A DNA stretch of 64,000 nt from Pedobacter sp. (GCA_050253415.1 JBFWJC010000001.1:192001-256000), one strand, 5' to 3'; counted from the first letter of the stretch, positions 1 through 10,868 are shown. The notes: a model not told the origin generated them from the sequence alone. Numbers and translations: made by a program.

Positions 1-1
1 G

Positions 2-343
2 CCTTATCGATCCTTTCCGCGCATCCCCATGTGCCTGGAGGTTCGTTATGGGTTAAATGGTCAGGTCATGCAGAGCGGGTCTTGCGTCAACCTTTGCTCG
101 GGTGGCATGTTCATCGAGACAAAGCAACCACCGGCCCTCGATCAATTGTTGCATGTCGAATTCTTACTGCCCGGCACCACCCGGCTTATCACCAGTCAGG
201 CCAGCATAGCCTGGATCAATACAGAGAAGGAGCCTGTCAACAGGAATTTACCCCCCGGTGTGGGCCTGCAGTTTCTGTCCCTGGACCTGAACGATTTGCT
301 GGCCATCTGCCGCTATATCCGATTGCGCTCAGACCAACCCTGA
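2..343 (+). CDS. PilZ domain-containing protein (5'-truncated by window edge)
   Basis: Frame is open from base 2: PYRSFPRIPM (RxxxR) then NLCSGGMFI (variant of D/NxSxxG), ending PPGVGLQF. Confidence 0.8.
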   Translation, partial: PYRSFPRIPMCLEVRYGLNGQVMQSGSCVNLCSGGMFIETKQPPALDQLLHVEFLLPGTTRLITSQASIAWINTEKEPVNRNLPPGVGLQFLSLDLNDLLAICRYIRLRSDQP

Positions 344-390
344 GCCTTTGGTTCAGAGGGCGGACCACTCATAGCACTTCGCCCGGCTGT

Positions 391-2178
391 TCATGCCAGA
401 TCTGAAGCCGGCGCCCCATTGAGATCAAGATGCTGCAACCGCCAAAGGCGCGCGTACAGTCCGTTTTGTGCCAACAGTTGCAGGTGCGTTCCCACCTCGC
501 GAATACGCCCCCGATGCAGCAGTACGATACGATCCGCATGCTGAATCGAACGCAAGCGATGGGCAATCACCAACACCGTGCGGCCATGTCTGGAACGCTC
601 CATCTGCTTTTGAACAATTGCTTCGGTTGCGGCATCAAGGCGGCTGGTCGCCTCATCAAACAACAGGATCGGGGGATCGATTGCCAAGGTTCGAACCAGA
701 CATAATAGCTGACGTTCTCCCGCCGACAGGTTGCGCCCGCGCTCTTTCAGCATACCCTGCAGACCTCCCAGCCTTTCCACCGCCGCCAAGGCGCCGCAAA
801 CATCCAGCAGAGCCCGCAACTGCATATCGGTGAGGCTAACCAGCGGATCGAGATTGTCGCGCACCGTGCCGGCGAACAGAAACGGCTCCTGGGAAACCCA
901 ACCGATGCGGCGACGGACTTCCGCCGGGTCGAGTTCGGCGAGATTCTGGCCATCCAGCAGGATGCGCCCCCGGGTGGGTTCATAAAACCGTAACAAAAGC
1001 CTGCCGAGGGTGGTCTTGCCGCTACCGGTGTCACCCACAATACCGACCATCTCACCGGGAGCAATCGACAATTCAATGTCTGAAAGCACCGCATCCCGAC
1101 CGTCGTAACTGAAGCACAGCTGGTCGAACTGTAATGCCCCCCGTCCCTGGTCAGAGGGCTTGGCGCCGGAAGCCTCGGGCGGTTGGTCGATGAGTTCGAA
1201 AATCCTCTCGAGGGAAGCGTTGCTGGCCTGCAAAAGGGAATATTGGCCACTGAGTTTGCGCAAGGGGGCAAAAAAGCGTTGCACATATTCAAGAAACGCC
1301 ACCAGGGTGCCGAAGGTGGTCACTCCCTGCAGAACCGAAGCTCCGCCGCGCCATAGGACGCCGGCAATAGCAAGTGCAGCCAGCGTCTCCAGGGCGCTGA
1401 ACAGGAAAACATCCCAACGAATGGCGGCAAAATTGCTGATCCGGTACTCTTCCTGCAGGTCATCAAATTCCTGGAGGGTCCGCTGCTCCTGACCGAATAA
1501 GCGCACCGTACCGACCCCGGAGATACGTTCTGCGAGGTAACCGTTGAGCTCTGCCAGCCGGGCGCGAACCTGCCGCATGGCCTGCCGCATGCGGCGACGG
1601 AAGAGGAAAAGCACCAACCCCAACAACGGACACAGGGCAAATGCCACCAGTGTCAGCGACGGACTCAACCAGAACATCGCCGCCACGACGAAGATCAGGG
1701 AGAAGACCTCCCCGAAAGCGGCCGCCACCCCTGAGCTGAACAGTTCCCCGACATTTTCCACGTCGCTGGTCAGACGCGTTACCAGGCGGCCGGATGGATG
1801 ACGGTCGAAAAACGCCACCGGCAGTCGCAACAGGTGCCTGAATCCGCGGCTGCGCAAATCGGCGGTAATCTTCTGTCCAACCCCCTGGGCCAGATACCCC
1901 TGCCAGAAGCCGAGCAGACTTTCACCGCAGGCGGATGCCAGAAACAACAGGGCCACTCCCCCCAGACCGGCCAGATGGCCCGGCATGATATGGTTGTCAA
2001 TGGCCAGTTTGATAAGATAGGGCTGAACCAGTCTTGCCGCTGTGGTCAGAGGAAGCAGGGCCATGGCAACGATGGCGGTACCACGATAGGGACGAATCAG
2101 GCGCACAAACCGGCGGAATAAGGTCCAATCCAGATGGCGCCCGGTAACTTCATCCATGTCGAACATTCCGCGTCTCAC
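391..2178 (-). CDS. ABC exporter, fused permease/ATPase (heterodimer subunit with consensus Walker B and H-switch)
   Basis: TM domain, Walker A GDTGSGKT, signature LSAGERQ, Walker B ILLFDEAT, IAHRL; GTGA overlap with the upstream subunit. Confidence 0.92.
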   Translation of the reverse strand: MRRGMFDMDEVTGRHLDWTLFRRFVRLIRPYRGTAIVAMALLPLTTAARLVQPYLIKLAIDNHIMPGHLAGLGGVALLFLASACGESLLGFWQGYLAQGVGQKITADLRSRGFRHLLRLPVAFFDRHPSGRLVTRLTSDVENVGELFSSGVAAAFGEVFSLIFVVAAMFWLSPSLTLVAFALCPLLGLVLFLFRRRMRQAMRQVRARLAELNGYLAERISGVGTVRLFGQEQRTLQEFDDLQEEYRISNFAAIRWDVFLFSALETLAALAIAGVLWRGGASVLQGVTTFGTLVAFLEYVQRFFAPLRKLSGQYSLLQASNASLERIFELIDQPPEASGAKPSDQGRGALQFDQLCFSYDGRDAVLSDIELSIAPGEMVGIVGDTGSGKTTLGRLLLRFYEPTRGRILLDGQNLAELDPAEVRRRIGWVSQEPFLFAGTVRDNLDPLVSLTDMQLRALLDVCGALAAVERLGGLQGMLKERGRNLSAGERQLLCLVRTLAIDPPILLFDEATSRLDAATEAIVQKQMERSRHGRTVLVIAHRLRSIQHADRIVLLHRGRIREVGTHLQLLAQNGLYARLWRLQHLDLNGAPASDLA

Positions 2179-3905
2179 GGCAGCACCTCCAATTCCCGCT
2201 GCAGACGTTCTTTTTCCAGGAGGCGCGCGTACAACCCTCCTTGAGCCAGCAATGCGTCATGACTTCCGGACTGTACCAGGCGACCGCCCTCCAGGACCAT
2301 AATCCGATCTGCGGATGCCAGCAAGGACGTCTGTGCCGTGACCAGAAAGACAGTTTTTCCGACCAATACGCGTCGTAACTGCTGCCAGATGGTCTGAGCG
2401 GTTGCGGCATCCAGATGGCTGAAAGGATCATCCAGCAACCACAGGCTGCCACCCCGGGCAAGAGCCCGTCCCAGGCAAACCCGCTGGCGCTGGCCGCCCG
2501 ACAGAGCCTGCCCCCCTTCACCGACCCGGGTATCGAATCCCTGCGCAAAACCCGCCACTTCATCGTGCAGGCAGACGGCCTGGCCCACATCATGCAGCAG
2601 CTCGGTATCGCCTCCAGGCACCGCATACAGCAGATTTTCACGCAGCGAACCTGAAAACAGCCGGCCCTCCTGGGATACCATGGCCACCCGTTGCCGATGT
2701 GCGCTACCATCCAGATGCGCAAGATCCTGACCATCGATAAGCACCTGCCCGACCGGTGCCGGATAAAGGCCGGCCAGCAAACGCAAAAGGGTCGTTTTCC
2801 CGGATCCGGTAGGTCCCACGATACCAATCAGGCTGCCGGCGGCTACGTCCAGCTGCAATCCGTGCAAGACCGGCATCTCGCCATAGGCAAAGCTAAGCTG
2901 TTTGAGGACTACCGATGGCGCCTTGTCCGCATGATTGATCGGCATGGCCCGCAGCGGCGGCTCCAAACGCAGAATATCGGCCAGGCGCTCGGCGCTGGCA
3001 ACCCCCCGCTGTACCAACCCGAGAATCCAGCCAAGCATCAAGGTCGGCATGGTCAATTGCACCAGGTACGCGTTGAAGGCCACCAATTCCCCCAGCGTTA
3101 ACTGATGGGCGATAACCCGACGCCCGCCAAAATAAAAGATCAGCAAGGTACCAAGCGGCGCAATAAGCGCCATGCTGGGACCGATAGCGCTGCGTAACCG
3201 GGCCAGCCGCAAGCTGGCACCCAGGTACCGGTCATTCAGGGTGTCAAAATATGCACCCCGCAGGGTTCGCAATCCATAGCTGCGAATAACGGCATGGCCG
3301 CTGATCCCCTCCTCCAGCGCTTCACTTACCTGCCCCAACCCCCGCTGAACCTCGCCAGAAGCAGTCAGCAATCGGCTGGACAGATAGCGGGTCAGCACCA
3401 GCAACAGCGGATACGGCACCAGAGCCACCAAAGTTAATACCGGCGACAGCCTCAGCAGAACAACCAGGGTCATGCCATACACCATCAGGGTATTGATAAA
3501 GATCATCATCCCGAATCCGGCCAGCGTGCGCAGGTTTCCGATATCGTTGGTAAAACGGGACAGCAGGTCGCCAGTGCGAAACCTGTCGAAAAACGGCCCG
3601 CTCTGCGTCAGCAGGCGGGCCAGCAGATGCCGGCGCAAATCGTTTTCCAGGCGACAGGCCGTATTCAAAAAGTAGTGACGCGACCAGATGCGGGTCACGA
3701 ACCGCACCAGGGCAACGACCGCCAGCAAGATCCCGGCGCCGTACAAGGTCCTGGTGGCTCCTGCCTGTACGCCATCGATCCCGACCTTAAGCAGCCAGGG
3801 ACCGAGTAATCCCAGCAAATCGGTCACCAGCAGCCAGATCACACCGGTGACCAGCATCGACCTATAGGTATTCAGGTAGGGGAGCAAAAAGCGCATTTTG
3901 CGCAT
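2175..3905 (-). CDS. ABC exporter, fused permease/ATPase (degenerate-site subunit, MdlA/YheI-like)
   Basis: Walker A GPTGSGKT, LSGGQRQ, Walker B LWLLDDP (E replaced by D), H-switch replaced (VTAQ). Confidence 0.92.
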   Translation of the reverse strand: MRKMRFLLPYLNTYRSMLVTGVIWLLVTDLLGLLGPWLLKVGIDGVQAGATRTLYGAGILLAVVALVRFVTRIWSRHYFLNTACRLENDLRRHLLARLLTQSGPFFDRFRTGDLLSRFTNDIGNLRTLAGFGMMIFINTLMVYGMTLVVLLRLSPVLTLVALVPYPLLLVLTRYLSSRLLTASGEVQRGLGQVSEALEEGISGHAVIRSYGLRTLRGAYFDTLNDRYLGASLRLARLRSAIGPSMALIAPLGTLLIFYFGGRRVIAHQLTLGELVAFNAYLVQLTMPTLMLGWILGLVQRGVASAERLADILRLEPPLRAMPINHADKAPSVVLKQLSFAYGEMPVLHGLQLDVAAGSLIGIVGPTGSGKTTLLRLLAGLYPAPVGQVLIDGQDLAHLDGSAHRQRVAMVSQEGRLFSGSLRENLLYAVPGGDTELLHDVGQAVCLHDEVAGFAQGFDTRVGEGGQALSGGQRQRVCLGRALARGGSLWLLDDPFSHLDAATAQTIWQQLRRVLVGKTVFLVTAQTSLLASADRIMVLEGGRLVQSGSHDALLAQGGLYARLLEKERLQRELEVLP

Positions 3906-3940
3906 GAGAGCCTCGTGTCAATCCTGTAAACCCAGGTAAA

Positions 3941-4483
3941 TCAAGAGGGCGCGGAGAATTGTGCCAGGCGCTGCCGCAGGCGTTCCAACAGAAGATCGGC
4001 AACCACGCCATTAATGGTGCCGGTAACCAGGGCCAGTATCAGTAAAAACGGCAATAAACGCCACAAGCCGGCATGCTGTAACAGCCAGCCAGCCACCAGT
4101 AACTGGGCAAGCACATGCCCGGAAGCACCCAGCACCGATATCCCGACGGGACCCAGGCGCATGCCGGCAACGGTGCGGGCAAACGTCATCAGGGCCGTAG
4201 CAGCCAGGCCGCCGGATAGTGCCAGAAAAAAAGTCGGAGAAAAAAGGGTGCCGAGCAACAAGCTGCCGATGCCGATGCGGGTAAGAGTTACCAGCCAGGC
4301 GGCGCGGGGCCCGTAAAGGAACAGAGCGCAAAGGGTAAGGATATTGGCCAAACCGGGTCGCAACCAGGGCAGCGGTAAAGGCATCAACACTTCCAGGGCA
4401 TGGACACCAATGGCCAAAGCACTGAACAGTGCCAACACAACTTCGCGACGGGTCCGAGTACGATCAGTGGGTGAGAAAGTCAT
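3941..4483 (-). CDS. Gx transporter family protein (heptaprenyl diphosphate synthase component I-like)
   Basis: Hydrophobic 180 aa with LE..MP.PLPWLRPGLAN and GISVLGASGH motifs. Confidence 0.85.
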   Translation of the reverse strand: MTFSPTDRTRTRREVVLALFSALAIGVHALEVLMPLPLPWLRPGLANILTLCALFLYGPRAAWLVTLTRIGIGSLLLGTLFSPTFFLALSGGLAATALMTFARTVAGMRLGPVGISVLGASGHVLAQLLVAGWLLQHAGLWRLLPFLLILALVTGTINGVVADLLLERLRQRLAQFSAPS

Positions 4484-4847
4484 AGTCGGTCATGGTAGAT
4501 GGCGGGCCTACGATGCGCACCAGCAGCCTGTTCGGCAGACAGACAACGGCTTCGCCACTTTTGGAGATCGCCCCCTGACGCTGACAGAAGTGATTGGGAC
4601 AGGAGGATTGGCCTACCCGTACCGTACCCTCCTCTACCAGCAAAACCGTCGGTCCCTCGGGACCCGGCAGCGACACCCGGCAGTCAGAATGCAAAGGGGC
4701 GGTAAAAACAACCCGCCCTTCCTGCTGAACCATCACCGTGGCCCCCGCAGAGCCTCGCGCCAGCAACCAGGCCGCCAGGGCCGCCACCAGCAGAAGCACC
4801 ATGATACAGCCGTCACCGACCGTGATGCGCCCCAGCACGGAATTCAT
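4464..4847 (-). CDS. NusG domain II-containing membrane protein (DUF1312-like)
   Basis: ATG at 4847 overlaps the apbE stop (ATGA); N-terminal TM; SSCPNHFC..QG.I...GE.VVCLPNRL motif. Confidence 0.85.
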   Translation of the reverse strand: MNSVLGRITVGDGCIMVLLLVAALAAWLLARGSAGATVMVQQEGRVVFTAPLHSDCRVSLPGPEGPTVLLVEEGTVRVGQSSCPNHFCQRQGAISKSGEAVVCLPNRLLVRIVGPPSTMTDYDFLTH

Positions 4848-5839
4848 GGCCAGGCGATCTGTTCGCGCAAACCGGGACTGACCACGGTTGTACCATCGGC
4901 TGCGACGATCAACCCCCAGGTTTGGGGATAACGCTCCAGCAGGGCCAATCCTTGTTCCGGGCCGAGGACAAACACCGCCGTGGCCAGAGCATCGGCCCAT
5001 ACCGCTTGACGGGATACCACCGTTACGCTCTGGCAGCGCCCCGCGGGCATACCGGTAGTCGGATCGAACAGGTGATGATAACGCGCCCCGTTTTGCTCGA
5101 AAAATCGCTCGTAATCCCCAGAGGTGACGACCGCAAGCGGTTCTTTCAGAACCAGGGTAGCAAGCAACACATCAACCTGCCGGGGATGACGAATGCCGAT
5201 ACGCCATGCGGCGGCGCGTTGACCGATGAGGCGCAGGTCCCCGCCGGCGTTGACGGCAGCGCAGGTAACCCCGGCTTGTTTCAGCACAGCCACCGCACGA
5301 TCAATGATGTAACCTTTGGCGATCCCGCCAAGATCGATCCAGGCGTTTGTACGCTTGATCACCCTGCCGTCCGCTACAGCCAAAACACCCTGACCGCTGG
5401 CAGCCAGAGCCGCCTCGATTTCAGATGGAGCCGGCAGGCGGGGGTGAGCCGAACCGAACCCCCACAGGACTTTAAGCCGGCCAAGCGTCATGTCAAAGGC
5501 GCCACCGCTGGCTTTGCCTACCTCTAACCCGTGGGCCAGAATCTCCAGGGTTTCAGGTGCGACGGCCAGGTCACCCTGCATGGCGGACAAGCGCGCCGCA
5601 TCACTGTCTCGGCGATAAAAGCTGGTGAGTGCTTCCAGCCGGGACATCTCATCGAACGCCGCCTCGACCGCCGGAGCAAAACGCTGTGGCCGCTGATCGT
5701 AAACGGTGATCTCCACCACGGTCCCGAGCAGCAGCCGGGTACGTTGCAGCGGTTGCTCCCGTCTCTGCAGCACAGACCAGAAAGCTGCAGCGACGCCGAG
5801 CCACAACACCGCGATGGCCAGCATACGATAGCGGGACAC
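4844..5839 (-). CDS. apbE: FAD:protein FMN transferase
   Basis: LLGT, GAFDMT, IDLGGIAKGY, NAGGD, VVTSGDYER, YHHLFDP.TG, ADALATA motifs; N-terminal TM anchor. Confidence 0.95.
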   Translation of the reverse strand: MSRYRMLAIAVLWLGVAAAFWSVLQRREQPLQRTRLLLGTVVEITVYDQRPQRFAPAVEAAFDEMSRLEALTSFYRRDSDAARLSAMQGDLAVAPETLEILAHGLEVGKASGGAFDMTLGRLKVLWGFGSAHPRLPAPSEIEAALAASGQGVLAVADGRVIKRTNAWIDLGGIAKGYIIDRAVAVLKQAGVTCAAVNAGGDLRLIGQRAAAWRIGIRHPRQVDVLLATLVLKEPLAVVTSGDYERFFEQNGARYHHLFDPTTGMPAGRCQSVTVVSRQAVWADALATAVFVLGPEQGLALLERYPQTWGLIVAADGTTVVSPGLREQIAWP

Positions 5840-5872
5840 GGTACACCTCCCTGGCTGAGTCAGAGCCGGAAA

Positions 5873-7249
5873 TCAGAGAGTTTCTTCAGCGGAAGGGTCG
5901 ACGATTTCACCGATAAGATCGTATTCCGAGGAATCGGTAATGCGCAACGGCACAATCTGCCCGATGTCGGCCTGACCGGCGGTAATGTACACCTGCCCGT
6001 CGACATCGGGAGCCTGGCGCACGCTGCGACCGCTCAGCAGCAGCTCGGTCTCTTCGCTGTAACCTTCCACCAACACCGGCTCGATACGACCGATCAATGC
6101 CCGGTTGCGCCTGAAGGAAACACGCTGCTGTGCCTTCATAAGTTTGTTGTAGCGGCTCTTTTTAGTCCGCTCGAGCACCTGATCTGGAAGGGTGGCAGCA
6201 GGTGTCCCTTCTTCACGGGAATACCGGAAGACTCCGACGCGATCGAAATGACCCTCTTCTACAAACGCCAGTAACTTGGCGAATTCCGCTTCCGTCTCGC
6301 CGGGAAAACCAACGATAAAGGAAGTCCGCAGGGTCAGGTCGGGGATCCGCTGGCGCATGCGACCGACAAGGTCACGAATGGTATCTTCACCGACCCGCCG
6401 GTTCATGCGTGCCAGCACCCGATCATCGATATGCTGCAGGGGTACATCGAAATAGCTGCAGATTTTGTCCTCGGTTGCCACAAGTTCGATCAGCTCATCG
6501 CTGATGCCGTCCGGATAGGCGTACAGCAGTCGCAACCAGCGCAGATCGGGCACCTTGACCAGTTCTCGCAGCAAACCTTCCAGGCTGGCGCCATCGTGGC
6601 GATCGGCACCAAAGGCGGTAATATCCTGGGCGATAAGATTGATTTCCTGGGCCCCGGCTGCCACCAGTCTTTCGACTTCCGCCACCACCGAAGCGATGGA
6701 ACGCGACCGCAACGGGCCGCGCAACTGCGGAATAATGCAGTAGGAGCACAGATTGTTACAGCCTTCGGCGATTTTGACATAGGTCGAATAGAAGGGCGAC
6801 GAGGTGACCCGCGGAGTGGTTTCGTCGTAAAGATACTGCGGCAAGCCCACCGACTGGCGAACCGATTCGCCCCGGTCATGGGCGTCGATGAGTTCGAGAA
6901 TACGCGGCACATCCCCGGTGCCGAGAAGAATGTCGACCTCCGGCAGTTCCTTGGCCATATCCTCGGCATAACGTTGGGACAGGCAGCCCGTCACGATCAG
7001 CAGCTTGCAACTGCCGGATTTTTTATATTCGATGGCCTCAAGCAGGGTTTCCACCGATTCCTCTTTGGCGTCGCTGATAAACCCACAGGTATTGACGATA
7101 ATAATATCGGCCAAGGCCTCATCGGTGATGATTTCAAACCGCTGCTGGGGCAAATACCCCAGCATAACCTCGGCATCCACCAGGTTTTTGGCACAGCCGA
7201 GGCTGATCATACTGACTTTGCGTTTTTCCACGTTGTTCAATTCCTTCAC
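5873..7249 (-). CDS. rimO: ribosomal protein S12 methylthiotransferase
   Basis: [16 protein letters not shown], radical [18 protein letters not shown]-terminal TRAM domain. Confidence 0.97.
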   Translation of the reverse strand: MKELNNVEKRKVSMISLGCAKNLVDAEVMLGYLPQQRFEIITDEALADIIIVNTCGFISDAKEESVETLLEAIEYKKSGSCKLLIVTGCLSQRYAEDMAKELPEVDILLGTGDVPRILELIDAHDRGESVRQSVGLPQYLYDETTPRVTSSPFYSTYVKIAEGCNNLCSYCIIPQLRGPLRSRSIASVVAEVERLVAAGAQEINLIAQDITAFGADRHDGASLEGLLRELVKVPDLRWLRLLYAYPDGISDELIELVATEDKICSYFDVPLQHIDDRVLARMNRRVGEDTIRDLVGRMRQRIPDLTLRTSFIVGFPGETEAEFAKLLAFVEEGHFDRVGVFRYSREEGTPAATLPDQVLERTKKSRYNKLMKAQQRVSFRRNRALIGRIEPVLVEGYSEETELLLSGRSVRQAPDVDGQVYITAGQADIGQIVPLRITDSSEYDLIGEIVDPSAEETL

Positions 7250-7270
7250 GTTCTGTTTCAGGACCCTGCT

Positions 7271-7756
7271 TCAGGACCGCATGTTGACAAACTGCAGTTC
7301 GATACCCAGGTCCTGCCCCTTGAGGAGTTGGATGACATCCTGTAAGTCGTCGATTTTTTTACCCGACACCCTCACCTGATCGTCCATGATCTGGGCCTGG
7401 ACCTTGAGTTTGCTGTCTTTGATGGCTTTTATGATTTCTTTGCCTTTTTCCTTGGAAATCCCCTGCACGATGGCCACGCGCTGGCGCACCGCCCCACCGG
7501 AAGCGGGTTCCTTTTTGCCGAAATCGAGACACTTGGGGGAAAGGTTGCGTTTGGCAAGCTTCCCTCTGAGAACATCAATCACGGCATCCAACTTGTAGTC
7601 GTCCGCGCCAAGTAGCACGATGGCGTCGTTCTCCAGGTTGATCTCGTTGTGCGTGCCTTTGAAGTCGTAACGCTGCAGGATCTCTTTCAGGGCTTGATTG
7701 ACGGCGTTGTCAAGCTCTTGCATGTCGACCTTGGACACAATATCAAAACTAGGCAT
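7271..7756 (-). CDS. yajQ: YajQ family nucleotide/c-di-GMP-binding protein
   Basis: [26 protein letters not shown]. Confidence 0.97.
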   Translation of the reverse strand: MPSFDIVSKVDMQELDNAVNQALKEILQRYDFKGTHNEINLENDAIVLLGADDYKLDAVIDVLRGKLAKRNLSPKCLDFGKKEPASGGAVRQRVAIVQGISKEKGKEIIKAIKDSKLKVQAQIMDDQVRVSGKKIDDLQDVIQLLKGQDLGIELQFVNMRS

Positions 7757-7897
7757 AAATCACCCTTTCTTGCTGAAAATTCTTGATGGTTCAATGGCTT
7801 ATACCACAGGGCACGATAACAGGGGAAGATTTTCCTGCACCCTGGGAGTCTGTCGGACTATACGGGCAGACGGCAAAGTCTGGCGAAGATGAAAAGA

Positions 7898-8644
7898 TTA
7901 TTGCCCGAAAGCATCCTGTTCGGGGCGCAGCACTTCCGTACCCGCGGGCGCCTTGAACCGGAAGAGATCTTCACCCGGCCCCTGGTTAAGGCGCGGTTCG
8001 CTGAACCGTACGACAGTACGATTATCGGATGCACCAAAAAGTGTGGCCGCACGCAGCGGATACACCAACTTGCCTGCCACGACCGCCTGATCAACCTCGA
8101 GCAATAGCTGTTCGAGAAACGCGGAGGGCTGCAGCGGGCGCAGGACCAGGCGGTAATGCCCTTCCGGACTCTGGCGAGGCTCACCCCAGGTGATGCTGAA
8201 CTGGCGACTGAGATTCCCGAGATCGGTCAGAAAAGCCAGCGGATTATCGGTTCCGGTCTGATCACTAGCGGGCATGGGGGATTCGATCACCTGGCGATTT
8301 TCCGGCATATAGACCCACACCGTCTTGCCATCGGACACGATCAACTGGGGATCGGGCAGCAGATATTCCCAACGGAACCGGGCCGCGCAAGCCTTGCTAT
8401 CGGCAAACCGCACCGTGACTCGACCACTGGCAGTCTGTACCTGATCCAGTGAGCTGAGATAAGCCTCCTGGGAAAATTTAGCTTGAAAATCGCGAATCCG
8501 GTTCTGCTTTGTTTCGGACTGAAAGGGCTTTTGCAGAGCCGCAACCACTGTATCCAGGCTGACGGACCCGGCATGGGCGCAGGGGGATATCAGTCCGGTC
8601 AGAAATATCGCAAAAAGGCCTGACAGCAGTAATATTTTTTTCAT
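7898..8644 (-). CDS. lolA: outer-membrane lipoprotein carrier LolA family protein
   Basis: Signal peptide; RFRWEY..PDPQLIVSDGKTVWVY; C-terminal F.FKAPAG. Confidence 0.88.
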   Translation of the reverse strand: MKKILLLSGLFAIFLTGLISPCAHAGSVSLDTVVAALQKPFQSETKQNRIRDFQAKFSQEAYLSSLDQVQTASGRVTVRFADSKACAARFRWEYLLPDPQLIVSDGKTVWVYMPENRQVIESPMPASDQTGTDNPLAFLTDLGNLSRQFSITWGEPRQSPEGHYRLVLRPLQPSAFLEQLLLEVDQAVVAGKLVYPLRAATLFGASDNRTVVRFSEPRLNQGPGEDLFRFKAPAGTEVLRPEQDAFGQ

Positions 8645-10425
8645 AGGGTCTCTCCTTGGGTGGCTATCGGCAAAGGGCTCGGCAGAAAGGAGCAGGGGTC
8701 GATCAGAAAGACCACCCGCCCATCACCTAAGATCGTAGCGCCGCTCAAACCCTGAATGCGATTCAGGGGAAATTCCAGGGGTTTGACAAACACTTCTTTC
8801 TGACCGGTTACGGCATCGACCACCAAACCGGCATGGCCGCCCCGCAGCTCGCAGATAATGGTGGATGAGCCGTTCCCGGTGGAAGGGGAATGACCCAGGT
8901 GTCGGGATAAAAAAACCACGGGCAACTGGCGGTTGCCCAGATCAACCGTATGGCTGTCACCAAAACTGCGTAACTGCTGCCGCGGCACATCCAGGGTTTG
9001 CTCGATCCACATGAGGGGCAAGGCCACTGTTTGACCGCCGGCTTCCACCAACAGTACCGGCACAATGGATACCGTCAGCGGCAGAATAAAGCGGAAGCAG
9101 GCCCCCTGTCCCTGGCCAGGCAGAATTTGAAGCGTTCCGCCGAGCTTGTCGACGGTATGACGAACCACATCCATACCGATGCCACGTCCCGAGGTCTCGG
9201 TTATACACCGGGCCGTGGTAAAACCTGGGCGGCAGATAAGCTGCAGCAGTTCAGCCCCACTCAAGTGGGCCCCTTGCCCGACCTCCAGAAAACCGTCCTG
9301 TCTGGCCCGTTCAACCAAACACTGTGCATCGAGCCCCCGGCCGTCATCAATGACATCAAGAGTGACCCGATCCCGATCGCGCCGCGCGGCAATGGTTATG
9401 GTTCCGTTTTCCTCAATACCATGGTCCACCGCATTGCGCACCATGTGCATCAGCGGTTCGGACATGGCCTCCAATATGGCCCGATCAAGCCGCACTTCGT
9501 TGCCGACCAGATTTAAGCGGATTGTCTTCCCCGTGCTTCGGCAAAGATCCTTGACCAGCCGCGGCAACGACGCGGTGACAGCCTCCAGCGGCACCATGCG
9601 GGCGTCCAGCACTTGATGGCGCAGGTCCGCCAGTAATCGGTCAAGCTGCAAACAGCTGCCCTCGATCCCCTCCTGGTGCCCTTGCTGTAACGACTCCTGC
9701 AATCGGTGGCGTACCGACAGCAGTTCGCCGGACAACCCCACAAACCGATCCAGCAGATTGGTAGAGACCCTCACCGTAGCCTGGCCGACGCCATGCTGCA
9801 TCGCCAATCCCGGTTCTGCATCAGCCCGGATGATCTTCTCCACAACCACCAGGTTACAGATTCTGCGGCATCGCTGCTCAATATCCTCGATATCGAAGCG
9901 GCATAGCAAATCAACTTCCAGCACTGTCGGCAAAGTGCCTTCGGCAATTTCTTCCGGCTCGGGCCGGCAGCTTTGCAGGGTGCCAAACCGCATTAACTCG
10001 TTTACCAGCAGCATCCAAAGAGCAACGTTTCCCTCCGGCATACTGATCCGCAGGGTGTGAACACGTTCCCGCGGGTCGCCATCACCCGCTCCCTCCTGGT
10101 TCTCCGTGTTCCCCGCGGCTATATCGGCAAGCCGTGCCTCGAGCAGTGCCAATCCCCGGTATAAATGTTCGACAGCCTCAGCGGGCAGACTGCCACTGCG
10201 CCGCAGGCGATCCAGTCCGTCTTCCATGCCATGGGCCACCACCGCCAGGCCCTTGAACCCCATGCTGGCAGCCATCCCCTTGATGGAATGCACCGATCGA
10301 AACAAACAAAGCAGGGCTTCCTGGTCCTCCGGGTGATCGGCTATCACCGAAAGCCAACGCTGCATGGTGAGCAGATGCTCCTGCGTTTCCGCCAGAAAAA
10401 TGTGAAAATATTCCGGCTGATTCAC
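8641..10425 (-). CDS. cheA: chemotaxis histidine kinase CheA (DifE-like)
   Basis: Hpt FRSVHSIKG, HMVRNAVDHGIE, DDGRG, SGRGIGMDVV, C-terminal CheW-like domain; GTG at 10425 overlaps the cheW stop. Confidence 0.95.
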   Translation of the reverse strand: MNQPEYFHIFLAETQEHLLTMQRWLSVIADHPEDQEALLCLFRSVHSIKGMAASMGFKGLAVVAHGMEDGLDRLRRSGSLPAEAVEHLYRGLALLEARLADIAAGNTENQEGAGDGDPRERVHTLRISMPEGNVALWMLLVNELMRFGTLQSCRPEPEEIAEGTLPTVLEVDLLCRFDIEDIEQRCRRICNLVVVEKIIRADAEPGLAMQHGVGQATVRVSTNLLDRFVGLSGELLSVRHRLQESLQQGHQEGIEGSCLQLDRLLADLRHQVLDARMVPLEAVTASLPRLVKDLCRSTGKTIRLNLVGNEVRLDRAILEAMSEPLMHMVRNAVDHGIEENGTITIAARRDRDRVTLDVIDDGRGLDAQCLVERARQDGFLEVGQGAHLSGAELLQLICRPGFTTARCITETSGRGIGMDVVRHTVDKLGGTLQILPGQGQGACFRFILPLTVSIVPVLLVEAGGQTVALPLMWIEQTLDVPRQQLRSFGDSHTVDLGNRQLPVVFLSRHLGHSPSTGNGSSTIICELRGGHAGLVVDAVTGQKEVFVKPLEFPLNRIQGLSGATILGDGRVVFLIDPCSFLPSPLPIATQGETL

Positions 10426-10868
10426 CGATCGATCCAATCCGGCACCCTCTCCGCGGGGAGGCTCCTGCTCACCGACAACCTCTGTTCAAGGGTCTGCTGC
10501 AGGGCAACAGGATCGATCAAACCGGCCAATCCACGTGGGTTGATAAAAGTCTCGCGCACCCAGGGCTGCGTAATCCCCCCCGGCATGACGATTGTCCGGC
10601 TGCACAGGCCATGCACAGCATTAACCGCCAAAGCCATGCGGGCCCCCTGCAAAACCACGACATGCTCGCCCACCTCGCCTTGCGCGCCTCGCAGCTGGAG
10701 AAAATCGAACACCGGCACCACCGCATCGTGGACGTTGATCGCCCCCAACAATTCCGCGGGTGCCAAGGGCACATAATGCAACAGCGGCGCCTTGAGTACT
10801 TCACGCACCTCTTTTACATCCAGCCCGAACAACGCCTGGCCCGATGCCAGCAACAGTGTTCGCGACAT
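10422..10868 (-). CDS. cheW: CheW coupling protein (divergent)
   Basis: FGLDVKEVREV, VPLAP..LLGAINVHDAVVPVFD; TGATG coupling to the MCP. Confidence 0.85.
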   Translation of the reverse strand: MSRTLLLASGQALFGLDVKEVREVLKAPLLHYVPLAPAELLGAINVHDAVVPVFDFLQLRGAQGEVGEHVVVLQGARMALAVNAVHGLCSRTIVMPGGITQPWVRETFINPRGLAGLIDPVALQQTLEQRLSVSRSLPAERVPDWIDR

